64,000 nucleotides of DNA, from the NCBI GenBank assembly GCA_934457145.1, contig CAKSHP010000001.1, positions 129,903 through 193,902 of the forward strand, written 5' to 3'. The notes beneath the pieces are model-generated. The model was not told the DNA's origin. It made no database searches and saw only the letters and a program-made list of their open reading frames with translations. A program made the translations under genes and the position numbers. This document shows positions 19,663 to 29,800 of the stretch, piece after piece (position 1 is the stretch's first letter; the number at the start of each line of letters is the position of its first letter). The stretch comes from an uncultured Clostridia bacterium (GTDB lineage: Bacteria; Bacillota; Clostridia; UBA1381; UMGS1253).

Positions 19663-19682
19663 TTTCGGGCAGATGCCCGAAA
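19663..19682. promoter_or_regulatory. Perfect 9-2-9 palindrome just upstream of the GH78-like start codon
   Basis: TTTCGGGCA-GA-TGCCCGAAA is GC-rich within AT-rich DNA, 16-35 nt upstream of the ATG at 19647. It could be an operator or a 5'-UTR hairpin. Confidence 0.35.
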
Positions 19683-19875
19683 CATCTTTATATTTGCGTT
19701 TATTATAGCATATATAAGCAGTCGTGTCAAATTTAAAAGGCGCATTTTAAGTTTTTTAAAACAAAGAATTTAAAAGAATATCTTTAAAATAGTTAGTTTA
19801 AAGCAAAAATAGGAGTGTAAGTTAATTTTTTAAGAAATATTGCGCCGCAACAGCAAAATAAGAGCGCAAAACGGC

Positions 19876-19904
19876 TTGACAAAGCAAGAACGTTATGCTA
19901 AACT
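19876..19904 (+). promoter_or_regulatory. Sigma-A type promoter for the ABC exporter pair
   Basis: TTGACA (19876-19881), 17-nt spacer, TAAACT (19899-19904). Confidence 0.5.
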
Positions 19905-19950
19905 GCATACGAAAAACATTTTGCAGTTTCACTATACAGGGGGTGTTTTC

Positions 19951-21717
19951 ATGAACCAGATTAAGTGGCTGTTTGAAAACATGAAGGGGAGCAAAAAGAA
20001 GTTTGCGGCAGGAATTATAACGCACAACTTAGTGTGTATGCCGCTTGTTGTTATTGCGCCGATTTTTTTGTCACGGTTTGTTGATTATGTGTTTAAAGGC
20101 GGCGCAGTTAATTTGGACCGCAAAGCATATTTATTGCTTGCGGCTTTTTTAGCGGCAACTTTGGGAAGATGCGTGTTTCATTATATATACAACGTTTTGT
20201 TAGACAGTGCGGCAAACGACGTTTTATATAATCTTCGCGACGCACTTTATAAAAAGCTTTCGCTTTTGTCGCCTTCGTTTTATCAGGGTACGCGCACGGG
20301 CGATATAATGATGCGCCTGACGGGCGATTTGGAGGCGATACGCCATTTTACTTCATGGGTTATGACAAACGCTGTGTATGCAGTGGGCATATTTATTGCG
20401 GGACTTATAGTTTTTTACAGCACAAACTGGATTTTGGCAACTGTGCTTTTGGTAACGGCTCCGTTTTTCGGCGGAATACTTATGGTTATAAGAAAGAAAT
20501 CCGCGCCCCTTTACGTTATTTTAAGAGAGGCAAACAGCCGTTTAAACGAAATGGTTCAGGAAAATATTGCGGGAAACCGGGTTGTGCGTGCGTTTGTAAG
20601 AGAGGACTTTGAGCAAGAAAAGTTTGAAAAGGTTAACCATGCTTACCGCGACGCGGCGATAAATTCGTCTATGGTGTGGAACAATTTGGGGCCTGTGGTT
20701 TCAGCGATAGGAAATATCGGGCTTGTAACGGTTTTGTTTATAGGCGGTATAATGGTAATAAACGGACATTTAACAATCGGCGAGCTTTTGCTTTTTTACA
20801 ACTTAAACTGGCTTATAAACGAGTCTATGCGTCTGGTAGGCGTTGTTTTAAACGATTCGCAAAGGTTCTTTTCTTCAACGCAGAAGGTTGTTTCGCTTTA
20901 TTATGCAAGATGCGATATCAAAAATCCCGAAGATGTTAAATCCGATAAAACGGCTGAGAAAAACAAAGACGAGGGAGCCGTGGACTTTGAAAACGTAAGC
21001 TTTAAATATGCGAAAGCCCCGGTGCTTGAAAATGTTAACATACATGTAAAGCCGGGGCAGACGATAGGCATAATGGGGCCGACGGGCGCCGGAAAATCAA
21101 CTTTGTGTATGCTGATGGACAGATTTTTTGACGTTTGCGGCGGAAGCGTTAAGATAGACGGAATAGATGTTCGCGATTATGATTTGCAGGCTCTTCGCCG
21201 CAAAATAGGAATATCCATGCAGGATGTGTTTTTGTTTTCAAACACGATAGATTCAAATATATGCTACGGCAACAGCGAGCTTAGCGAAAGCGCGGTTGTT
21301 GAATATGCAAAAATGGCAGACGCACATGACTTTATTTTAAAAACCGCAGACGGATACGACACCATAATAGGCGAACGCGGCGTTGGTCTTTCGGGCGGAC
21401 AGAAGCAAAGAATTGCGCTTGCACGCGCTTTGGCATATGAAACGCCGATAGTTATTTTAGACGATACAACTTCTGCTTTGGATATGGAAACGGAAAAGCA
21501 GATACAATTGCAGCTTGCAAACAGAAAAGGCAAGCACACGACATTTATTATTGCGCAGAGAATTTCCTCCGTTAAGGATGCAGACATGATTTATATTATA
21601 GATAACCACACCGTTGCAGAGTGCGGCACACACCGTCAGCTTATGGATAACCGCGGTTATTATTATGATATATACTGCCTGCAGCAGGGAATAAAAAACG
21701 AAAAGGAGGGAAAGTGA
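19951..21717 (+). CDS. ABC exporter, fused permease/ATPase subunit (heterodimer partner 1)
   Basis: The start at MNQIKWLF follows a GGGGG RBS and lies downstream of the promoter. The protein has a six-TM domain, then Walker A GPTGAGKST, signature LSGGQKQR and Walker B VILDD. Confidence 0.9.
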   Translation: MNQIKWLFENMKGSKKKFAAGIITHNLVCMPLVVIAPIFLSRFVDYVFKGGAVNLDRKAYLLLAAFLAATLGRCVFHYIYNVLLDSAANDVLYNLRDALYKKLSLLSPSFYQGTRTGDIMMRLTGDLEAIRHFTSWVMTNAVYAVGIFIAGLIVFYSTNWILATVLLVTAPFFGGILMVIRKKSAPLYVILREANSRLNEMVQENIAGNRVVRAFVREDFEQEKFEKVNHAYRDAAINSSMVWNNLGPVVSAIGNIGLVTVLFIGGIMVINGHLTIGELLLFYNLNWLINESMRLVGVVLNDSQRFFSSTQKVVSLYYARCDIKNPEDVKSDKTAEKNKDEGAVDFENVSFKYAKAPVLENVNIHVKPGQTIGIMGPTGAGKSTLCMLMDRFFDVCGGSVKIDGIDVRDYDLQALRRKIGISMQDVFLFSNTIDSNICYGNSELSESAVVEYAKMADAHDFILKTADGYDTIIGERGVGLSGGQKQRIALARALAYETPIVILDDTTSALDMETEKQIQLQLANRKGKHTTFIIAQRISSVKDADMIYIIDNHTVAECGTHRQLMDNRGYYYDIYCLQQGIKNEKEGK

Positions 21718-21718
21718 G

Positions 21719-23515
21719 ATGGCGGCAGACACAAAAAGCAAAAGAAATACATATGACGTTGACGAAACGCTGGACACTCCTTTTAATTTTAAGCATTTGA
21801 AAAGAAGCTTTGTTTATATAAAACGCTTTAGAAAGCCAATGCTTTTGGCGCTTATATTCAGCATTATTGCGATACTTTGTTCGCAGACGATGCCGTATCT
21901 TTTTATGCTTATAATAGACAATTATATAGCAAATAAAAACATCGTTGGCATGATAACCGTGAGCCTTATAAACCTTTTGCTGGTTTTAATTTCCGCATAC
22001 TGCGAAAGAAGAAGAGCGCTGCTCAGCGCAAAGACGGGACAGGAGATTGTTTCGCAGATACGCTCGGATCTTTTCAGACATCTGCAAACGCTTCCGTTTG
22101 ATTACTATGATTCAAGACCGCACGGAAAAATACTCGTGCGCGTTGTAAACTATGTAAACACTGTGGCAGACTTTTTTGCAAACGGACTTATAAATATTAT
22201 ACTTGAGTTTATGAGCCTTATATTTATAATATTTTATATGTTTATGACTGATTTTACGCTCACATGGATTGTGCTTGCGGGATTGGTGCCGTTTATGTGC
22301 TATATTTTTGCGATAAAAAATGCACAGCGCAGAGCAAGCAGACTGTTTTCAAATAAATCGTCGAACATAAATGCGTACTATCAGGAAAATATAGACGGCA
22401 TGAAGGTTACGCAGTCTTTTGACAGAGAGAAAAAGAACATAGAAATTGCGCAGAACATGGCAGACGCATGCCGCAAAACTCATATGAAGTTTGTTAAGAT
22501 TGCGCATATGATGTTTCCGTCGGTGCGACTTATTTCTGCGATAGTAACTGTTATTTTGTATATTGCCGGTGCGCGGAGCGGTGCGGTGAAGGTTGGCGTG
22601 CTTTTGGCGATGGCGGCATATTGCTCAAGATTCTGGCAGCCTATTCAAAACCTTGGTAATTTGTATAACAGCGTTGTAAACACTGTTGCATATCTTGAAC
22701 GTATATTTGAGGCGATGGACGAAAAATGCGACATAACCGATGTTGAAAATGCGTCCGAGATGCCGGATGTTTGCGGAGATGTTGAGTTTAAACATGTTGT
22801 GTTTGAATATGAAAAAGGCCGCCCGATACTTAATGATTTAAACATGCATGTCAAGCCCGGACAGTCGGTGGCATTAGTCGGTCCGACGGGAGCGGGAAAA
22901 ACAACGGTTGTAAACCTTTTGGCAAGATTTTATGATATAAAGTCGGGAGAAATTACTATTGACGGACATAATATCCACGATGTTACGATGAAGTCGCTGC
23001 GCCGTCAGATGGGAATGATGCTTCAGGACACTTTCATTTTTGCGGGAACCGTTATGGACAATATTAAATACGGAAAGCTTGACGCTACCGATGAGGAGGC
23101 AATGAATGCCGCAAAGACTGTTTGCGCACATGATTTTATAATGACGCTTCCCGATGGATACAACACTTATATTAATGAGCGCGGAAGCTCGCTTTCGGCA
23201 GGGCAAAGACAGCTGATAAGCTTTGCAAGAACGCTTTTGTCCGATCCGAAGGTGCTTATTTTAGACGAGGCAACCTCTGCAATAGATACGAAAACCGAGC
23301 TTTTGGTTCAAAGGGGACTAAACTCTTTGCTTAAAGGACGAACCTCGTTTATTATAGCACACAGACTGTCGACCATAAAAAACTGTGACAGGATAATGTA
23401 TATAGCGCAAAAGACCATTGCCGAGGCGGGAAACCACGAACAGCTTATGGCAGCTCAGGGACTTTACTACGATTTGTATACATCGCAGCTGACGGAAGAA
23501 AAAGTGGATTACTAA
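21719..23515 (+). CDS. ABC exporter, fused permease/ATPase subunit (heterodimer partner 2)
   Basis: AAGGAGGG RBS, with the ATG 1 nt after the upstream stop. Walker A is GPTGAGKTT, signature LSAGQRQL, Walker B LILDEATSAID. Confidence 0.9.
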   Translation: MAADTKSKRNTYDVDETLDTPFNFKHLKRSFVYIKRFRKPMLLALIFSIIAILCSQTMPYLFMLIIDNYIANKNIVGMITVSLINLLLVLISAYCERRRALLSAKTGQEIVSQIRSDLFRHLQTLPFDYYDSRPHGKILVRVVNYVNTVADFFANGLINIILEFMSLIFIIFYMFMTDFTLTWIVLAGLVPFMCYIFAIKNAQRRASRLFSNKSSNINAYYQENIDGMKVTQSFDREKKNIEIAQNMADACRKTHMKFVKIAHMMFPSVRLISAIVTVILYIAGARSGAVKVGVLLAMAAYCSRFWQPIQNLGNLYNSVVNTVAYLERIFEAMDEKCDITDVENASEMPDVCGDVEFKHVVFEYEKGRPILNDLNMHVKPGQSVALVGPTGAGKTTVVNLLARFYDIKSGEITIDGHNIHDVTMKSLRRQMGMMLQDTFIFAGTVMDNIKYGKLDATDEEAMNAAKTVCAHDFIMTLPDGYNTYINERGSSLSAGQRQLISFARTLLSDPKVLILDEATSAIDTKTELLVQRGLNSLLKGRTSFIIAHRLSTIKNCDRIMYIAQKTIAEAGNHEQLMAAQGLYYDLYTSQLTEEKVDY

Positions 23516-23534
23516 AAAGGCTTTAGTTTTAAAA

Positions 23535-23574
23535 AGGACGTGTAACAAAAATAAATGTTATATGTCCTTTTTTA
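23535..23574 (+). terminator. Rho-independent terminator after the ABC pair
   Basis: AGGACGTGTAACA (23535-23547) pairs with TGTTATATGTCCT (23556-23568) with two G-U pairs. A T-run follows. Confidence 0.75.
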
Positions 23575-23697
23575 TTGCGTGTTAAAACAGGCTGCCTTTT
23601 CAAAACAGCGGCAGGATATTTTTTAAATTTTAAGTTTTAATTGTGATTTGCCTGTAAATAAAAAGATAACGGCGCTTTAATAATTGCTTTGCAGTAA

Positions 23698-23769
23698 CTG
23701 ATTGAAAATTGATAATAATTGATATGATATTGAATATTATTGATATTTATTTATCAAAATTCTTATGAT
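23698..23769 (+). promoter_or_regulatory. Phased ATTGA(T/A)A direct repeats plus candidate promoter upstream of the giant ORF
   Basis: ATTGA starts at 23701, 23708, 23718, 23729 and 23739 (spacing 7, 10, 11, 10). An inverted repeat TTGATA-6-TATCAA lies at 23740-23757. A possible promoter is TTGATA (23740-45), 18-nt spacer, TATGAT (23764-69). Confidence 0.35.
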
Positions 23770-23830
23770 AGACTAAGATTTGAGTTAAGGCGTTTTGTTT
23801 TAAAAAAATATTAAAAGGAGGAAGTTTTTT

Positions 23831-26800
23831 ATGAAACGCATTTTAAGCATTTTGCTTTGCTTATGCATGGTTTTTTCATGCATGGGTGCGGTAAGCTTTG
23901 CAAGCGGCGAGACGGAGAGCTTAAATATAATTTCAGCTTTTGCCGACTATCACGTTTGCGGAGAATACCTTTCAGACGATGGGTATATCGGAATACCCGT
24001 TGAGGTAAACACTTATATCAAGGGAGAAACAAACGAAAAAACAAGAATTGTGTTGTATGTTATAAACACAAACACCGAGAGAATAGGTACAGAAGAAGAT
24101 GAACCTATTATATCAGACCTTTTGGACGAAGGATACGTTGTTGTTGTGTTAGACTATAAAAACAACGCAAAATCGGTTAGTCCGGATTTGGACTGGAGCA
24201 TTCAGAAAATCAGAACGGATATTGAAAACGGCGCTTATTTAAACGGCGCAAGCCATGAAAAGTATTGCACATATGTGCTCCCGGCGGGCTACAGACTTCA
24301 AAGAAGCATTAAATACTGGAACTTTGAAGAAAACGGCGCTGACGGATGTTTGGATTATATAGTTGAGATATGGAACAGCGATTTTAAAAAGGCTAAGGGA
24401 AACAAAAAAATCACATACCCCGACGGCACAGTTAAAAAAGTGAGCGAGGTTACGGCTAACAGTATTGACGACTGCGTTAAGCCAGACGGCTCGCCGATAG
24501 ATTTAAATCTTTATTTGGATATTGTTTATCCGTCTAACCCGAAAGAAGAGGTTCCGGTTATGTGTCTGGCATCGAGCGCGGAGACAAGCGTGGATTCCTG
24601 GTCCGATCCGAAAAGACCTCATTTAACGGGATTTTTGTTTGCAGGATATGCAGGCGTGGTTTATGATCACTGCTATGTTCCGATGTCGAGAAACGATCAT
24701 TACGGATATTTTGACGGCACGGACCATGACGCACCTTTTACGCTTTACAAATACACCGGCACAAAGAGCGAAACTGCCGCAATCAGATGTTTAAGATATT
24801 TGGCGGACGCTTACCCGGACAAATATAAATTTAAAAAAGACAAATTCGGCGGATACGGACATTCGAAGGGCTCGCACGTGTTTATGCTTGGTAACACTGC
24901 TCCGGAAAAATGCGAAGAATACAGATATTTTAGCGGCCATCACGGCGAGTGTGCCGAAGGAGTTACCCAGCCGTATCTTACATATAAAGACGGAAGTAAA
25001 ATTCCTTCAAACATTCAGATGGTTTATTCGTCAAACGGCGGCGGAACGGATTACATATGCGAAAACTTTGCTCCGCTTTATGTTTCAGCCGGCGAGGCAG
25101 ACGGAACGGGTATGTCGGGATTTGTTAAAGGGCATGTGAGCGCAGCGCGCCAGTACGATATACCGAGCATGTATATGACGATGCCGGGCGTTGGTCACAC
25201 GATTATTTACGGTTACAGCGAAAAGTATCAGATTGATATGTATAACTCGCTGTTTGACTTTGCGCACTATTATTTAAAAGACGCAAAGCCGGTCTGCGAA
25301 TATATTCTGCCGTTAAACGGAACAAAGGATTTTGACACAAACGGCGAGATCACTTTAAAATTCACAGGACCGATAGCAAGAAGCGAAATTGAAAGCAAGG
25401 TTAAAATAATAAACAAGAAAACCGGTAAAGCGGCTTTGGGAACATGGAAAAGCGAATTTAAAAACACAACATGGAAATTTACGGGCCACGATTTAACAGG
25501 CGGCTGCGAATATGAAATAAGCGTTCCCAAAAGCGTTACGGCAGATAACGGCAAAACGCTCCGCGAGGCAAAAAGCTTTACTTTTAAGACAAAGTATGAA
25601 CAGGGCATTGCGGCAAAAGATATATCAAGCGACAACGCTGATATGACGCTTTTAAAAACTGCCGATACGGACAACGGGGTTTATCTTCTTTTTGACAGTG
25701 CGGATTATGAAAATTCAACAACAACCGATTTGCGCTTTTCTGTCATAAACGATGCGGCAAACCGCGTTAGCGTTTATGCATTAGACGATATAGACGAAGA
25801 AAATATCCAAAATTCTTTGCAGGGCAGCCTTCTTGCAGATATTGGTATCGCAGGAAAAGGAGACTACAGCGCAGACATAACCGAATATGTCAAATCCCTT
25901 AAAAAGGGCGAAAAAGCGGGATTTTTGCTTAAGGCAAAAAACGTTAAGGAAACAAAAACAATAACCGATCTTGATTTTGAAACGGTTGATTCGCGTTTTA
26001 ATGCCGGTGCATATTCAACAGACCAAAATAACACGCCGGGCGGATCAAAATCTTATAAATCAACTTCCGAATTCAGTGTCAGAAGGCTTATATTCAATCC
26101 GTCGATAACCGAGGCAGACTTCGGACGAAAGTTTAATATAAGCATGGACGTGTATCCGACGGCTAACAGGTATTTTACTTTAAGAGTCAGAAACTTTTCG
26201 TCGGCGGCGCTTAACTGGCCCGATTATAACGACACAACCGTTAACAAAAGACTTCTTGAAAAAGACACGTGGCACACGCTTACTACGACATATCAGGTAA
26301 ATGATTTATACTACTGTGCGCCGGAAATTTTAAAAGACGGAATCAGCATTTCAAGTTCGGGTACAGGCGAGGCATATTATATAGACAATTTAAAGGTGAC
26401 AGAAGATATAACCGAGGTTAAAATTGCAAAGGAGCAGACAAACGAAAGCTTTGCGCCGTCGATTGTTTTGCATCCGGCAAATAAAATCACAGACACTCCG
26501 ATAGACGCTTCGTATGTTGAAAGCGGCGAAAGAGAAAACGAAAGCTTTGAAAATGAAGAAAGCATGGCTGTGAGCGGAAGAGAAAAGGAATACAGACTTT
26601 CGCAGTATAAAAAAGTGTATGCAAAGGTTGACCTTTCCGGATTTGACGGAGCAAACAAGGCAAACGTGAGCATAAATGTTAAAAACAACAACAGCGGAGA
26701 CGTTTATGTTTACGGCATAGCAGATCCGGCTGCGGCTTTGTATTGGAACAATAAAACATTAAATTATCTTAACGCACCGGCAAACGACCGTTTCGGTTTC

Positions 26801-29800
26801 GGAATAGATGTTTCAAAAGCATACGCGTCAGCTCCTATAGGAACGATAAGCGTAGGCGGCAGCGGAAACTACAGCATAGATATAACGGAGTATGCGCTTA
26901 ATATGAAGGCTCAGGGTGCAGCGCAGGGTGTTTTGGTGTTTGCATTTGCATCGCAGCCGAGAGAAGAAAAACAGCTCAGCTTTACAGACTTTAACGACGA
27001 AAAAGTTCCGTTTACGGTTATAAAGGGCGGCGACATAATAAGCCACGGTTTAAGCAAAGCTGAAAACCACGGCGATGGCGCAGGCTTTAGCTATGCTATG
27101 AACACGGCATATAATTATGACAGATTAAAGTTTGACCTTTTGGGAGTTAGCAAGCTTTCCGATGCCGATATAGGAAGAAGCTTCAGCATAACATATTATT
27201 TAAAATCCGACAAAACGGGAATGTTTATGAATTCGCTTTTGCATCAGAGCGGCGCAAACGAGCATGTAAATAAAGTTATGCAAAATTACACGACCGCAAA
27301 CGAATGGCAGAAGTTTACCTATGAATTTTCAATTACAGAGGACATGATCGCTCCCGGTCAGGAGACTTCAACGATACCTGCATATTTAAACTTCCAGCTG
27401 TCAAGCATGGGCAACAGAGCAAACGGCGGAAGTGACAAGGTTCTTGCTTATATCGACGATTTTACAGTTACCGAGAAAAAAGTCGGCGATATTGAGTTTG
27501 AAATTAACGAGGGAGATGTAAACGGCGGACTGTTTACAAAGCAGATTGCTTTTGATGATCTTGAAAGCTGGAGAGGTCCGGGACCAGGCACAGAGGTAAA
27601 CAGCAATTATGACATGATTTTGGGCGGCGGAACCGTAGACAATCTTAAAATGCAGCTTGTGGGCTCCGATGTTACGGCGGACCACACAACAGGAGACGGC
27701 AAGAGCCTGTGGCTTTGCATGCCGAATTCATATAACAGATTTAAGTTTTATAATTTCTTTGACCATAATCTTACGAGCGGCGATGTTGGCAGAAAGTTTA
27801 AGATAAGCTTCTGGGCAAAGGGCGATAAGGCAGGAAAAATAGACTGCGGATTTATGTCGCACGGATCTGCAAGCAGCTATACAACTAAGATATATGAAGG
27901 AACGTATAGCAAGAAACAGACATATTCAATAACAACCGAATGGCAAAAGTATACTTATGATGCTGTGGTTGAGGAAGCAATGCTTGCATCTTATTATACA
28001 GGTCATGAAAAGGACGCATATAATCCGGCGCTGTTTTCAATTGTGTCAAGCGGTATGTCGGGAAGAAACTTATATGTTGACGATATAGAAATTGAAGAAA
28101 TTGACCGAAACTTTAAATATGACGGCGATTTTGAAAAGGCTGACGCAACAATCGGCAATTATGCTTTCGGACAAGGTTTTGAAAACGGCAGCGAGAGAAT
28201 AACGCTTTCAACTGAAGATAACCACAGCGAAAACGGAAGCCGCAGCATAAAAATAATTAACAATAAAAGCTATAACAGATTATTCTTTAGCGGCGTGGTG
28301 CCCGTGCTTACAACAGAAGATGTAGGCGATACGTACAACGTAAGCTTTTATTTAAAATCCAGCAAAGCCGGTTCGTTTTTAACAACAGTTACAAATTCGA
28401 GCGCCGGTACAAGCGGAAATTCAAGATATGACGGACAATTTTTGCAGAGAATTACAATAGCGGCAGATGACGTTGGCAAGTGGGTTAAATATAATGTTAA
28501 ATTCACTGTGGCAGACCATATGGTTGAAAATTCCGCAAAGCATTTTGCAATGTATTTTGACTCGCTCGGAACGGAGGGCACTCCGGCAACGCTTTATTTT
28601 GACGATTTTCAGACAAGAAAAACGGTTAACGTTTATTCATATTCAAACGACATTGAAAAAGCGTCAAAACCGAGTGACGTTATAACATGGGGCGGCATTT
28701 CAAACGCAGGCGTTAATATAGTTTTAAGCGATGAAAACCACACGGCGGGCGGAGCAAAGAGCATAAAGGTTTACTCCGAACAAAACTATAACAGAGTATT
28801 TTTATTAAACGCAATAAAGGCTCCGACGGCAGAAGATATCGGCAAGAGATATAAAATAAGCCTTTGGCTTATGTCGAGCAAGGCGGGCGCGTTTGAACTT
28901 GGCCTAGCAAACAGCGGAACAAACTTTATAGCATACGACGGACAGCCGCGCACGAAATATACCATTGCATCCGGCGAGGTAAACACATGGAAGCGCTACA
29001 GCTTTGATGTTACGATTGATGATGCCATGGTTGAAAACAATGCGCGCTATCTCGGTGTGTATATGAGCAGTTTCGGACAAAGCAGTTCGCCGGCAGATAT
29101 TTATATAGATGATATTATATCGGTTGAATATCCGGCAGGAGCGGCGGTAGGCCTTGGTGTTTCGGACGCCTGCGCTGTTAATTCGACAGGCAAAAGCTCT
29201 GTTTTGCAGCTTGACCGTTATGATGCGGCTGCAAAGATAAGAAAATCTTATCTGCATTTCACCGGCGGTGAATATGAAAACACACAGAAAGCCTTGTTAA
29301 ACTTTGAGGTGTGCGCTGCGTTTGGGCAGACGGTTAAGATTTATGCGCTAAAAGATGCAGCTTTCCCGTCAAGCCTTACATATAAAGACGCTCCGGCATA
29401 TGCAAAAGACGAAACGATAGATTTAGATTATGCTTACGGCGCAAAACCGATTGCATCGTTTGCGGCAGAGCCTAAGGCATATTCTGTAGACGTTACGGAT
29501 TATGTTAAATACACCGCACCCGATGAATACACATTTGTGTTTGTTTGCGAGCAGACGGGCGGCAAGGAATATTACAATCTTGATTTATCAAAATATTCGC
29601 TGACAAAAGATGTTGACTATAAAGCAGAAAATGACGTTACGGTTTCAAACGGAGGAGCAGCGGTATCCGGTGGAAAGATTAAGCTTTTAAATATTTTCGG
29701 AAGCGAGAACGAGATAATCAAAGCAGGCGAAACATATAAGGTTACGGCAGATATTATGCCTGTGTCGGACGCTGAAATTGTTTTGGGATTTGACAGCGAA

